Shown here: one piece after another, positions 1 through 13,396 of the stretch
How the letters are laid out: each line of letters opens with the position of its first letter
How positions within the stretch are numbered: the stretch's first letter is position 1
Assembly: GCA_046563655.1 (NCBI GenBank)
Contig: CM102283.1
Location: forward strand, 3,906,001 to 3,970,000
DNA from: Yuukianura sp. NJ FZ-2021
Taxonomy: Eukaryota
Reading direction: 5' to 3'
Length of the DNA stretch: 64,000 nucleotides
Notes under the pieces: generated by a model
Seen by the model: the letters and a program-made list of their open reading frames with translations, nothing else
Told to the model about the DNA's origin: nothing
The model's database searches: none
Made by a program: the position numbers and the translations under genes

Positions 1-18
1 TTAGGGTGGAGTGTGGGG

Positions 19-1654
19 CTAGCCGGAGTAGCGTGACTTTTGTCTCAGTTGATGCATTGCTTCACAGGAAGGGAGAGCCATGTCCTTGGCCTGTCTCAGC
101 ATCTCCTCATCCCCAAAGTTACGGGCTCTCCATATCATGTGATCCTACAATTAACAATTTATAATTATAACTTGTAATTTCCATAATTTATAACTTATAA
201 TTTCTATAATTTATTTAAGTTTTTGTGTTACTTTGTAGTTCCTTTGTTTGAAGCATTCGTTCCTTGTGATGGAGACGTACTCTTCTTCTATTCCTGACTC
301 GAGTCGCTTGACGTTACCCTGGAAGTCATTCGTAAACGTTTCCTTGACGTAGTAGGCCACGTCCAGATCCTGCGTCACTCTCTTCACGTTGTACCTGCAA
401 CAAAGAGTCAATTAGTAATTGAGATTAACTTTAAGCTTAAGTATGTCCAGTGCCTTACTTCTGAGAGCGACTGAGGGAGTAGACTGGGTCAGAGACGAAG
501 AATGAGGACAGGAGAGTGACGAGGATGAAGAAGAGGACGGGTAGGAGCTGAAGGGCGACACTGGCGTTGCTCCCTTCTGCTGCTCCACCCTCTCCTTGTT
601 GTTGTTGGTTACTGTTGCTATAGTAGTACGTAGTTCTTCCTCTCCCTCTACGATACACTCCGTTTGACGGAAAAGTGGAGCCGAAAAACATGTTGAACAG
701 CTCCTCAGCAGTCATGTCACCTACACATCACATTCACATTGGTCAACTCATGACCTTGCTTGACCTTTTAACTTTCTACTTGGAGGCTTACTTTCGAATC
801 CGCGCGTGTATCCATTGTTGTACTCGTATCCTTGGTCTTGTTGACTTCTGTAGGAAGAAGCCACATCTGATCCGAACATGTCGTACCTCTTACGTTTCTC
901 TGGATCGCTCAGAATAGCAAAGGCATTACCGATAGCTGAAAATCAGGAAAAGACGACGGAGTTAAACGAAAGTAGACTGAAAATTGGACATTAGTTGGCT
1001 AGTGAAGTACCTTTGAAAGCTTCTCCGGCTCCTGGAGCCTTGTTCTTGTCCGGATGGAATTGAAGAGCTAGTTTCCTGTAAGACTTTTTCAAGTCTGTAT
1101 CAGTTGCCTCTTTCTTGACGTTCAGGATTTCATAGTAGTCTTTGGATCCCTTGATTCTAAAAATCAAACATGTTAAAATGTGACTGCGGAAAGAGTTTAA
1201 GTGGGTCTCACTTCCTGACGGCTAAAACTTGTTCTTCAGTGTACTCCGAACCACATGATTTGCTCTCCGAACTTTTTCCACTTGCACCACCTGACCCTGC
1301 AAATCAAAACGTCAGTTAAACGTTTAACACTTTCTTCCAGCGTTTAATTTCCTTTACCCCTGCGTCCTCCTGACTCAGTCCGTTTTCTGGTCTCGGCCGT
1401 CGTAGCAGTGCTCTGTGATTCACCCAGTTTACTCAGCAACGTCAGCAGATCTGGAGACACAGTAATAAGTTAATTGACACTTTAATTAGTTTAGTTACTT
1501 TAATTAGTTTTGAGTGATTACCTTGAGCCTTTTGCGTAGAGTAGAGCCTTTCGGCCTTGTTGAGGAGCCGTTGAGCCTTGGCTCGATCACCCGAATTGAA
1601 AGCTTCTTGTGCCAGGTCAATGCAGCGTTCAGCCTCATCTTTATTCCCTTCCAT
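19..1654 (-). CDS. DNAJB12: DnaJ homolog subfamily B member 12/14 (ER membrane J-protein), multi-exon
   Basis: N-terminus [16 protein letters not shown]-domain exon with [18 protein letters not shown] (~1010-1157); [11 protein letters not shown] motif; TM segment [20 protein letters not shown]-terminal DUF1977-like exons; stop TAG at 19-21. Confidence 0.92.
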
Positions 1655-2783
1655 TACCTAGTCGTTGTCTACCACAAAAAGTGTTGATTAGGAACAGTAA
1701 TTAACATATGTTTGATTAAGTTAGTACCTTGTATTGGATAATACTGTTTGTGCTTAGTTGACCTTTGACCGCAACCGACCACGAAGAGACTTCAAAATGA
1801 CAACTGAGGCAGGACTCTCAGTCTCAGCTGATCAACTGGTACTCGATAAGGGATAGACGTCTATTGGGTATGGTTGGAGTCCTAGAATACGCAAGTTAGA
1901 TTCGTTAGTGAAACGTTTGAACACAAAATTTACTGCAAAAGTGATTTTGAATGAAGAATGTGAACTAATTGGTGAATCAATTGAACGATTAACGTTCTTC
2001 CCTATTACTCCGTACGAGGTGAGAAGGGAGAAGGAAAAGTAGGAAATTCATTCAATTGAAATTCTACTTAAACTTATGATGACGAAACATAAAAAAGCAG
2101 ATGAGGGGAGGGTTCGCTAAACCGCCCAAATACCTATTCAGTTCGCACTTATTATTAAGTTTATACTTGGTATTAAATAGTTAAAACATAGTATAAACTA
2201 ATTGATTAATTTAGTTTCAATTTGGACAACGTTCAATCATAATCATTGTGCATCCAAGTCCAACGTTTTGTGAAAGTGAAAGTGAATAAAGATGGACGTG
2301 TCGCTTTGTCACAAAATACCAAGGTTTTCCCATGAGTTTCCGCCAAATTCAAATTCAAAAATCAAATTCTTTGAAATCATACATTTTTTTTTAGTTGAGC
2401 CGAAAGGAAAAACAACAGTGCAAATTTTGCACTGCAAAAGATTGATATTTTCCCTTGATTATTCGCAGATTTCTTCAAAGATTTCGCACGAGAGACGAAT
2501 ACGAGTATACCCAAGAAAGAATCTTCTGGAAAACTTGTTTTGTAGTCGACCAATTCCAGTACTAATTGAAATTGTAAGCTCAAATTACTAATTAACCCAT
2601 TCTGGTGCTGGCTGAGAGAAGAGGAACGTAATAGAAACGTAAGTGGGCCTTAATGATTTCCTAAAGTGCTGGAAGTACTGGACATTACTGTTAACAATGC
2701 TGGAATGCTGGAAGTACATAATTGGAATATTTTGATGGTTGCAGGGCTGGAGATTTTGTACATTTCAAGTCTAATCTTGTACG

Positions 2784-5700
2784 ATGGATGAAGACGTGAA
2801 TCACTCTGGGAACTTCAGTCGACGTTCTTCCGTGTGTCCGATGGATGTGAATTCGGAGTATCCGAAAGAAGTGTACGGTTGGGGTAACCATGCCAATGGG
2901 GAGCTGGGGATCGGTGGAATCGAGGAGGACAGTATGCAGGAACCAACCATCATTTCTTTCTCAAACAAGGTCGTGTCAGGCAAGAAACTTCCGACCAACA
3001 AGGATATCATACCCGTCGCAAAGTTAAAAACGTTTTTTGAACGTATGATTTGAATTGCAGTGTCGTGTGGTGAGTCTCATAGTGCCTTCCTCATGGACGA
3101 TGGATCTCTGTGGACTTGTGGATCCAACGATCATGGTCAGTTGGGCCACACCAAAGCTAGAACACGGCCAAACAAAGTGGAAGGACTGGAAGGAAGGGCA
3201 ATCGTCGCTGTGAGTGCTGGTTACGCTCATACGATTGCCATTGACTCCTGGGGAGGATGCTACACATGGTAAGTTCACAGGATTCAAAATTTTGAATTTC
3301 ATATTTTGATTTTGATATTTTGATTTGCAGGGGAAGTGACTCCCATGGACAGTTGGGGTTGTGCCTTAGTTCAGAAGAACAGAAAATCGTGTCTTTTCCA
3401 AAAATGGTCAAAAGCCTTGCCTTAAAAGTGAGTCAAAAATTGGCAGCATTTCCTTAATTTGGCCTTTGGAAGTGAAAACTTGTTGTTTTAGACAGTAGTT
3501 CAAGTGGCTGCTGGTCACTTCCACTCAATCATGCTCACAGCCACGGGTGAACTTTATACTTGTGGGTCAAACAGTCATGGTCAACTTGGTCTCAGTGTTG
3601 CAAATGGCCTCAATCAAAAGAAACCAATCCAAGTGGAGCTCCTCGCTGGACTTCCGCTCACACTCGTCACTGCAGGTCAAGTTCAAAACATTTACAACGT
3701 TTTTCAAACGATTTACAACGTTTGACGTTTTACTAACGTTTTACGTTTTTCAAACGATTTCAACGTTTTCTTAACTTGATAGGTGGATTTCATTCGTTTG
3801 CGTTGAGTGTGTCGGGGTCAGTGTTTGGATGGGGGAAAAATAACCTGGGACAACTGGGAGTGAGTGACACGGAAGACAAGTGTAAACCAACTCAACTGAC
3901 GACACTGAGATCACTCGGGGTCAAGTACATCTCTGCTGGAATCGACCATTCAGCCTTTCTCACACAGGTACTAATAATTTCTCCAACTTTTGTAAAAACG
4001 TTTTAGTTTCGTCAACTTCTTACAACTTTCTTGTAATTTTGTCTTCCTCAGGACGGAGGAGTCTTCACTTGTGGAAGTGAGTAATGCACCCCAATCATTC
4101 CTCTTAAAATTGGACAATTGAATTGACCAACAGTACTTTGATTTTCACTTTGAGATGGAACTTATGGTCAACTGGGCCACTCTGCCTTCACGAGCGAAAT
4201 TCTGCCAAGGAAAATCCTGGAATTTGGATCAGTCATCGTCCAAGTCAGTTGCGGAAGAAGTCACACTCTCTGCCTCACAGACAAAAACAAACTGTATTCA
4301 TTTGGTCTAGCAGCAAGCGGACAACTCGGAATAGGAGAATCCACTAACAAAAGTTCTCCAGTTTTAATGGTAATAATTTCAAAATTCAAATTCAACTCAA
4401 CAAAAATTGAAATTTTGATTATGATTAATTTTTGAAATTTTGTTGTTAGGCGTCTCTGTCTTCACATTCTGTTCACTCCATTCATGCGGGTGGTGACCAG
4501 TCTTTTACTTTGATTTCAAAACCTCCGCCTCCGCTTCCACAGTCAGCGACTGTCCAGAGGGAGCCGTGTGACTACCGAATCCAGTCACCCCGCTCACAGA
4601 TTCTGCGCATCACGGAGGATCTGTTGGACCAAATCTGTTCCGCCACAGAGCCGGTGGACCAAGACATCATGGCCAACGTAGAAAACGTTTTTGCGTCACC
4701 GGCAGCCTGGAACTGCTCCTTTCTTCTGCCGGACGATAAACACATGCCTGCAACTTGGAAAAACATGGGCGTAGATTTAGTCAAAGTAAGTCAAAATTAG
4801 TCTAGGAGTATTTCTTTGTAAACATTTGAAAAATGTAAACGTTTTTAATTTTTAGGCTGATCAAGTTCTGTCGAAGTTGGAGAACGTGAGAGCAATTGGA
4901 CTGCGAGATGTGGTGGACCAAGTGATTTTTAAAGATTTACTTCCGAAACTTCCTCATCAGCTCAAACATGTGGAGATCCTCAGAGTCTACGTCCTACTTC
5001 CACTGTTACCAACATTCTATTCTGGTCAGTTAATCAATTAAGTTAATTAACATTTAAATTAAATACGTTAATTGGAGTTTCGTTTAATTTCAGGGAGGAA
5101 TCCGTTGATTCCTGTGTTCTACGCAGACAGAGTGCAGGGTCTGATTCCAGCCTTATCGAATGTGATTGTTCATTGGTTGTTTGACTCTCCAGTGGAACAG
5201 TTGGAGCGTCTCATTTCAGCATACAAGAAAACTGTTCTGGTGCTTCTAGACGCCACTCAACCAAAAGCCCAGGTCGGAAACACAAATTCAATCTAAAGAC
5301 TAGAACAGAAACTTCATTTTAGTTGTGATTTTGGATTTTTTATAGAAAGACTCTGTGATTCGAAGTTGCCTTCAATTTTTAGCTCTCCTTCACAAGCACA
5401 ATAAGATTTGTCTAAAATTGTCCTACCACACGTTCACAATTCCTCAACTCACTGACAAGGTAAACGATAACCAACTTTTGAAAATTTGAAAATTCACTTC
5501 AAAATTTTAAGTGAAACGTTGATTCATTGTAGGTGGATATACAGCACGACTATTTTCATTGGTTGCAAGAGAAGAACAGGGCACGCCCTCCGCTCTACTT
5601 TTGCGATTTCCCATTCGTGTTTGATGCTCAGGCCAAAACAGTTCTGCTCCAAGTAAGTCTCCAACTAATGCTTAACTTATTCAATTATTTAAACTGTCCA

Positions 5701-7112
5701 ATTAATTAAACTATTGATTAATTGTGTTTGTGTTTAGTTTGAGCAGCGACTGCGGATGGAGAATGCTATGCGCCAAGCAGCCACAACTTCCTTCTTCCCG
5801 TTCCCGTTTTTCCAGCCGGAGCCCGAGGAGACGCAGTTCCTCACTTTGAAAGTTTCCCGTCACAACATCGTCCACGATACGATCGACTCTCTCTTCAAGT
5901 TGACCACAAACGACCTCAAGAAACCACTCAAAATCAAGTTCGAAGGGGAAGAGGCCGTGGATGCTGGGTAAGGAATCAGGAATTTAATTGATCTTCTCAA
6001 CAACTAATTAGTTTTATTAGTTTTAAGTATTAATTAGTTGTTTTTATTTGCAGTGGTGTAAGAAAAGAGTTTTTCCTGCTGCTCATTCGTGAGATACTTG
6101 ATCCAAAGTACGGGATGTTCCACTACTACGAAGACAGTCACTTGATATGGTTCAGTGAGTGTGCTCTGGAGGATCAAATCATGTACTACCTCATTGGACT
6201 CCTCTGTGGACTCGCGATTTATAACTTTGTCATTATAAACATCCCCTTTCCACTGGCACTCTACAAGAAACTGCTCGATGAGAAAGTGGACCTCAACGAC
6301 TTCAAGGAACTCAATCCAACAGTGGCAAGGTCATTCGAAAGTATGCTCCAGTATGCGTAAGTAATTAATTACAAGTAATTGGAAGTAATTCCAAGTATTT
6401 GAAACTAATTACTTTGTCTTTTCGATTCCAGAGAGCCTGATTTCGAGAGTGTGTTCTGCCTGTCGTTTGAGATAATCGTGGATGTGTTTGGCACGACGAA
6501 AGCAGTTCCTCTGAAGCCGAATGGTTCTGAGATTCCGGTAACCCAGGAGAACAAGGCTGAGTTTGTTGAGCTCTACGTGGCTCATGTCCTCAGCACTTCC
6601 GTTCACGAGCACTTTGAAGCTTTTAAGCAAGGATTCAACAAAGTGTGTGGCAACAACATCCTCCCGCTGTTCCATGCGCAGGAGTTGCAAGCAATGGTCA
6701 CTGGAAACGAAGACTACGATTGGGGTGACCTGGAGAGGTCATGTGGCTATCAACGAGGATACACAGCAGAAGATCCAACAATCAAACTGTTTTGGGAAGT
6801 GTTTCATTCCTTGACCTTACAAGAGAAGAAACAGTTTCTGCTGTTCCTAACCGGGAGTGATCGGATACCAATTCTCGGAATGAAATCTTTAAAAGTAAGT
6901 TTTAAAATAATTAAAATGTATTAAATTGTATTATATAAAGTAATCCAAATGTGTTGCAGATGATAATTCAGCCGGCAGGAGAGGAGACGCATTTACCCGT
7001 TGCTCATACTTGTTTCAATCTACTTGACCTTCCCCGCTACCAGACGAGGGAACGCCTAAAGTATAAGTTGACCCAAGCAATACAGTACAACCAAGGCTTC
7101 TCCTTAGTCTAA
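2784..7112 (+). CDS. HERC4: Probable E3 ubiquitin ligase HERC4 (RCC1 repeats + HECT), multi-exon
   Basis: Repeated RCC1 motifs (GSNDHGQLG, GKNNLGQLG); HECT domain KPLKIKFEGEEAVDAGG, FLLFLTGSDRIP, LPVAHTCFNLLDLP with catalytic Cys; ends GFSLV-stop. Confidence 0.93.
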
Positions 7113-7318
7113 CCTTAACTTTAAAATTAAGTTAAGGTTAACTAAGTTAAAGTTAAGTTGGAGTGATGCTTAATTTATCAAGTGTTTACTTTTAATTAAC
7201 CAAATGCTGATCATACAAAAGATTTCACTGTACAACATATCCAAATTCTATCCAAAGTTATACGCAATTTGATGTAACTGTTGTTTTCAACTGATTAAAA
7301 TCGCTTTTGTGCGTGTCG

Positions 7319-8146
7319 TTATTCAGGTGCTGGAGGACTTTGAGTCAAAGTGTTTGACTGGAGAAGACTGACGATGGCTTCGTGTTCACATGTGACTGCG
7401 TAGTCAAGGGGAGTGAGCCCTTCGTGGTCAGGGATGGAGGGATCAGCGTTGTGGTCCAGCAGGAGCTTGGTCGCCTCCAAGTGACCTCTGTCAACTGCCC
7501 AGTGCAGAAGTGTCAGTCCGTCGTCGTCTTGGAAGTTTACGGTATTGCTGGACTACAAAATCAAGGTAAGTTAACTTAATTGTGCATAAATTAATTGATA
7601 TGATGGAGTCTTACTTGCTTTATCCAGGTGGCAACTTTCTCCAAATCGTTTTCTTTGATCCATTGAAAAATGAGTGTCTCCGGTTCGTTTTGAGTGTCCT
7701 GTTCTACTGGAACTGGAAATGACGATACTGCGTTGCCACCGAAAGTGGAGGAATTCCCGCCAGAACGTTTGTGTGACGATTCACTTGCGTCCCAGTTGTA
7801 GTTGGCACTGATGAGTGAAATGTATTGAGTCATGGCCTCCTCTTTACTTAGTTTGGAACTGCTGGTCCATGCTGTCCACTTGGCTCTTCCTCGGGGGTCA
7901 AAGATACCTACAAGACACATCAAATAAGGTAAGTAATCAATTAGTTGCTATAAATTATGCGAATTAGGAGTTACCTGGCTTGGGATCAGTGCACTTCCCA
8001 ATTGTTGCGGTTTTGTAGAGACCGTAAATGTTGAGCATAACGTCTTGACTTAACTGCTTTCCATTTCCGGAAGTTGTTGCTTCCTGGACGACAGCTGCTG
8101 CACGGTTGAACGTTTCCTCTAGTTCATCCAACATATCGTCATCCAT
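7319..8146 (-). CDS. ACBD6: Acyl-CoA-binding domain protein 6 (ACB + ankyrin repeats), 3 exons
   Basis: ACB motifs IYGLYKTATIGKC and GRAKWTAW; last exon has ankyrin repeats DGLTLLHWAVDRGH and EGLTPLDYAVTCEH. Confidence 0.9.
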
Positions 8147-8630
8147 TTTTCAATTAATTGGTTAATTTAATTAGTTAATTGCAGTTACAACTTGCAAGTT
8201 ACGTCAATCTTAATCCAAAACTAAACTTTTGCATGTCAATTCTTATTGTTTACTTTTTTCAAAAAATTTTCCCGCACTTTGTCTCATACTGAAAAACTTT
8301 CGGTGGCTAATTCTCGGATACCGACAGAAACTGCAGACATGCTTTTCTGGGGAGATTGAGATAAAATTGCGGGAACTATTTTCAAATAATTCAAATTCCA
8401 AAATCAAAACAAATTGTTTATTTTATATTTTATGTTTTATTTATTGTTATTTGTTTACATTCATAGATAGTTTATTCAATGTCAAAGTTCATTCTGTTGA
8501 GTTGAGAGATTTTCATCAGTCATCTCATCGCTAAGTGTCGCCGACAAAAAAGTTACGGTAAGTTGTGTTTAATTAACAAAGTTAAGTTAATTACAAACAA
8601 AGATTTTCCGGTTTTGTTTAGAACACTGGA

Positions 8631-9640
8631 ATGGATGAGTTATTAGCAGAGACTGGATCTGGATCACGTGGAAGTGTAGTGGAAGTAACAGGAGAGCCAG
8701 TAGCCAATGTGTCAGAAGCTGACATTGAAGAGATCCTCAAGAGACAAGATGGCCGCCAGTTGACTCCTTTCCAGATTGGGCAACTGGAGAAGAATGCTAG
8801 GAAGAACTGGGATCTTTTCTACAAAACAAACACCACCAACTTCTTCAAGGACAGACACTGGACACTCAGGGAGTTTCCAGAACTACTCAATGCTACCAGT
8901 GACGATGGTACTGCAGAAATTGTCCTTCTGGAAGCTGGATGTGGTGTGGGGAACTTTGTGTTTCCGATTCTAGAAGAAGTTCCTCGGCTCTTTGCCTTTG
9001 CCTGCGATTTTTCACCCAGAGCAATTGACTTTGTCAAGTGAGTCAATCAGTGATTAGCTTAAATGAAGTTAAAGATCAACTAATCATTTATGTCTCTTTG
9101 GCTAGATCCAATCCAGAGTACAATGAGGACCGATTACTGGCATTCGTAGCTGATTTGACAGAAAACGACTGTTTTTCGTCTATCGATGGACTGATAGCAA
9201 GAAAAGCCGACTTTGGTTCACTTATCTTCGTCCTATCGGCTGTGTCACCTTCCAGACATCCCAGCGTTGTTACAAACTTGAGCTCTGTAATGACACCTGG
9301 AGGCATATTGTTTTTCCGGGATTATGGAAGATATGACATGGCTCAACTGAGGTTTAAGGCTGGTAAGAAGATCCAGGACAATTTCTACGTCCGGAGAGAC
9401 GGAACAAGGTAACAAAAACTTTTCGTAACCAAATTAGTGTTAAGTTAGTTGATATTGAGTCAATTAATTGTGATTTACAGGTCGTACTATTTTACTCCGG
9501 ACGAAGTGGTAACTTTGTTTACAGCTGATAACCAGTTTAGTTGTTTAGAATGTGAGTTTATACATCGTCGTACGGTAAACGTCAAGGAAGAGGTGAATGT
9601 AGGACGCATTTTTGTACAAGGGAAGTTTATAAAATTATAA
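8631..9640 (+). CDS. METTL6: tRNA N3-methylcytidine methyltransferase METTL6, 3 exons
   Basis: KNWDLFYKTNTTNFFKDRHW, LEAGCGVGN, ACDFSPRA, FRDYGRYDMAQLRF, RIFVQGKF. Confidence 0.93.
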
Positions 9641-9719
9641 AAAGTTAACTAAAAGTGAAGTTCAGTTTAAATCCTTCGCAAAAAGTCTGCCACTTCTGTG
9701 TGATTGGAGATGGATCCAG

Positions 9720-10877
9720 TTACCAGTTGTCCAGAAAATCGAATCCCGTCTTCGGAGTTGCCTGTAAGTAATCGTTAACTTTACAATTTCAGTTTTAGTG
9801 AGCGTAGAATTAAACTTTTGTTCTTACAATGCGGCAAGGGCTGGACACATCCACAACAAAGTCGTCAGTTTTGTTTTCGCGAAACGTTGGGAAAACGTCG
9901 TCATCGACTTTGGATTTCTGCTGGATTGAGGATGGTTTTCGGTTTTCCGTGACTTCGGATTTTGTTACTGCAACTACTGGCGGAGGTGGTGGTGGAGCCT
10001 TTGGCTTACTCACTTTGTTAGACATAGGAGATCCAGAAATTGCTGACTTAGATGCTGGAGATGCACTTCCTTGCGTTGACATCGGTGTAGAGTTCATGAC
10101 CTTTGACTTGTTCTTGTCCAGTTTCGCCTGCAGTTCTGCAATCAAATCCAAGTTTTGTTTCTGTTGAGGTAGATTTGCCTCTCGTTCTTCTTCTGCAAGT
10201 TTGCTGTTTCTGTTGGATGTCTCATCTTGATTATCCTTGGTTGACCTCAGTTTGTCCTCCAAAGTGTTCCCAGCCAGTCCTCCCATGACATTCACTCCAC
10301 AAAATGGAGCTCTTGGCTTCGTCTTTGTTTCCTTCCTCGGTTTGTCTTCTCGTCCACTGTCCTCGTCTACCTTGACCTTTGACCTCTCACTCTTCTTTTC
10401 CTTGTTTCCATTTTGCCCGATTCTTTGAACGAGGAGATCAAGGTCACAGCATTTGGCTTGTGACTGCTTGAAGTAGCTGAATGGCTCTGAGTGTTCGTCC
10501 ACCCAGCATCCAGTTTCGTCAAAAACGTATTTCTCTGGTTTCTTTGGATAGACGAATCTAAGCAGTGACTCTGTCTGGTTTCGGTTGAGACAATCGTCTT
10601 TGTACACCACTGATTCCACGTGATGGTCCAAATCAATTGAATTAGTTAAATGATGAACAGGGTTTCTGCGTTTGACCTTTGACACCAAGGGGTCATGAAT
10701 GAGGACTTTGTCGATGATGGCACATCTTTCGTCATATGACAACTCCTTATCTTTATCCTTCACTGCTGATTCGATTGATTCATCTATCAGTTGCACTTCG
10801 GAGAAAATCTTGAGCGAGAGTGAATTCAAAGTAGAGAAATAGTCGGCCATTTTCGTCCGAGAATCGACAGAGTCCAT
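9720..10877 (-). CDS. C1orf198 homolog (DUF4706 family), 2 exons
   Basis: N-terminal YFSTLNSLSLKI...IIDKVLI and WVDEHSEPFSYFKQSQ motifs; short terminal exon (9720-9762) encodes ATPKTGFDFLDNW-stop, the C-terminus I recall for this family. Confidence 0.8.
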
Positions 10878-11632
10878 TGTGATAGGCTCTAATTATGTAC
10901 TGCCAGTGATCAATTGATTTAGAAAAGTGAAGAATGTTGAATCAACTTTCCCTTGACCTGACTTCAATTTCAATCGTTTAGAATGAATACCTAACCACAA
11001 ACCACTAAACGTACCTTAACATAGTGATTCCTAAAGGTACGCCGATTATTGTTTCAAAAATACTGAACGTGCTGTGGAATTGATTAATGGTTAATCAAGT
11101 GTTGGTAAAAGTGTATGTTGTTATTGATTTTGTGGAATCATGGATATTTTGGCCTGTGAAAAACGGAAGTTGGAGAACGAGTAGACTTCATAGGGTGTGA
11201 CGAGCTAGGGTGAAAATCATTTTCCGTTTTGCCACACCAAAATCCACAAAAATTGAACTTTTCTGTAAATTACTAACGTTTAATTTCAATGTTTTGAGTA
11301 AGACATTAAGATTTGAAATTAACTTTTTCTAATTTTGATTGTTGACTAATTTCAAAATGATTTCCCCCACTTTGTCTCCAGTTCAAAGTAGAGTCGAGTC
11401 TAATAGTCGGATAACCATTCTGCAGTTTCTCTTCTTTTCAGAGAATTATAGCCTCCAATGAAACTCTGAACCTGAGACAGAATCACTAAAACCAAGTTGC
11501 GGAGGATGTTTCTTACAACGGAGGTCCGCACTTGCATCTATGTACTCGTCTTGGTCTCATAGTATAAAAGGAAACGCAAACCAAAATCACCTCAATCCTA
11601 CTCTCCCTGGAGTAGGATTGAGGTGAGAATTG

Positions 11633-12166
11633 TACTCTTTTGGAGTTGGATGTTGGGGGAGGCAATGGAAAAAATGCATGCAGGGACCATCCCAACTCCA
11701 AACCCCCAACATCTTCTTTTCACAAATTCAAAATTCAATGTTTTGATGCATCTATTCCCTGAATCATTAGATTGATAATTCAATCGATTAATTAACTAAA
11801 ATAAAAGTTAATTAGAAATGGCAATTAAAAATAGGCGAAGAAGAAACAGATCCTGTTTGTTCACATAAGGGAACTGTGTCTCCTCTTCCTTCATCTCTCT
11901 CGAGTGAGACCACAAAGTGAATCAGAAGAATTTGTTGAGCTTCCCTTTTATATGAAGGCGGAAGGAGTAGAACGAAGGAGTGTTTTACTCTTTTGGAGTT
12001 GGATGGTGGGGGAGGGAGTGGGTGGCAATAAGAAAAATGCATGGAGGGACCATCCCAACTCCAAACCCCCAACATCTTTTCACAAATTCAAAATTCAATG
12101 TTTTGATTACTATCTATTCCCTGGATCATTAGATTGATAATTCAATCGATTAATTAACTAAAATAA
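11633..12166. repeat. Two ~170-180 bp imperfect direct repeats (11633-11803, 11986-12166)
   Basis: Shared tactcttttggagttggatg...gggaccatcccaactccaaa...cattagattgataattcaatcgattaattaactaaaataa. Confidence 0.9.
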
Positions 12167-12303
12167 GAGTTAAGGTTAGGTTAGGGTGGATCAGTCAATT
12201 ACTAATTTAACATTGAATTTCACAGTAACATTCATTTCAATGTCACTAACGTTGTAAGGTCAAAGTGTAACGTTTATGATTGAACTTTAGACGTAAAGAA
12301 GAC

Positions 12304-13167
12304 ATGGCGTGTAAGAAGAAGATCACCGACAAGGATCTGTACGAGTTTCTTGGCATTCAGCCCACTGCTACTGAAAAGGAGGTAATTGACAGGAACAGAA
12401 CGAACTGCTTACGTTTTAAGTTCTACTGAGAGAGGACATGCTAATCAGTTGTTTTGTTTTCTTAGATCCGAAGTGCATACAGAAAGAAGGCACTGGTGTG
12501 TCATCCAGATAAGAACCCAGATGATCCCAATGCCACTGCATTGTTCCGAGAACTGTCCGAAGCCTTTGAAGTTCTCATTTCACCTACTGCAAAGGTAAGT
12601 AAAATGAATTTTTATTACTCATTTAATTAACGTTTTCATTATGACCATGGACTTCTTTTTTCCTTATAAATAGGCGGCATATGACCAAGTGTTGAAAGCT
12701 AGAGCTGCAGCTAAACTCCGAACTCGTGAATTAGACAGTAAAAGGAGAAAACTGAAGGAAGACTTGGAAAGGAGAGAAAAAGAGTCATCGGCAAGAGGTA
12801 TAAAAAGAAAATCACACGAAGACGACCTTCCAGATGAACTTAGGCTACAGGTTAGTACTTGTACTTTTTCTTGTTACAGTTACACGGACAACTGGATCTA
12901 ATCTTCTAATCTGACTTTCTCAACGAATTGCAGCGAGAAATAGAGCGACTTCGTAAGGAAGGTCATCAGACGTTACTGCGTGAGCAAGAAGCAATGCGAC
13001 AGGAAATGTTTCAACATCAAAAGCCCAAGACGAAGACAGTGCCCGTTCCAGAATCCAAACCAGCAACTCCTCCTCAAAGTTTTGCAGATTTCGAAGCAAT
13101 GGTGCTCAAAAACTTGGCTGCGGCAGCAGCAAAGCAGAAGACTGAATCGGCGGAAGAAAACAGCTGA
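12304..13167 (+). CDS. DNAJC17: DnaJ homolog subfamily C member 17 (Cwc23-like), 4 exons, apparently lacking the RRM
   Basis: DLYEFLGI...IRSAYRKKALVCHPDKNPDDP; AAYDQVLKARAAAKLRTRELDSKRRKLKEDLERRE; REIERLRKEG; C-terminal FADFEAMVL. Confidence 0.88.
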
Positions 13168-13396
13168 TGCATCATACTCACAGTTCGTTCCAGAGGTAAG
13201 TACCTACTATTCCCTTATTCCCTGTTTGTAATGCTAAGTTAAGTGTTTAGGTTGTGGGAAAGTTTCTGTGACTTTTTGAGGTAATTTCCTTATAGTTACC
13301 ACCAAATTAACGGTGGTATCCGTCGATTTATTCTTTAACTGAACTTTAAATATTTTGATATGGCTAGAGTTGAGGATCAATATCTATGTCCAGTCC

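Noticed and set aside
1-6. TTAGGG telomeric repeat at the window start
   Set aside because: Single copy in the DNAJB12 3' UTR; chance occurrence
3690-3770. Short tandem tttacaacgtttttcaaacga repeats
   Set aside because: Local slippage duplication inside a HERC4 intron; no further structure
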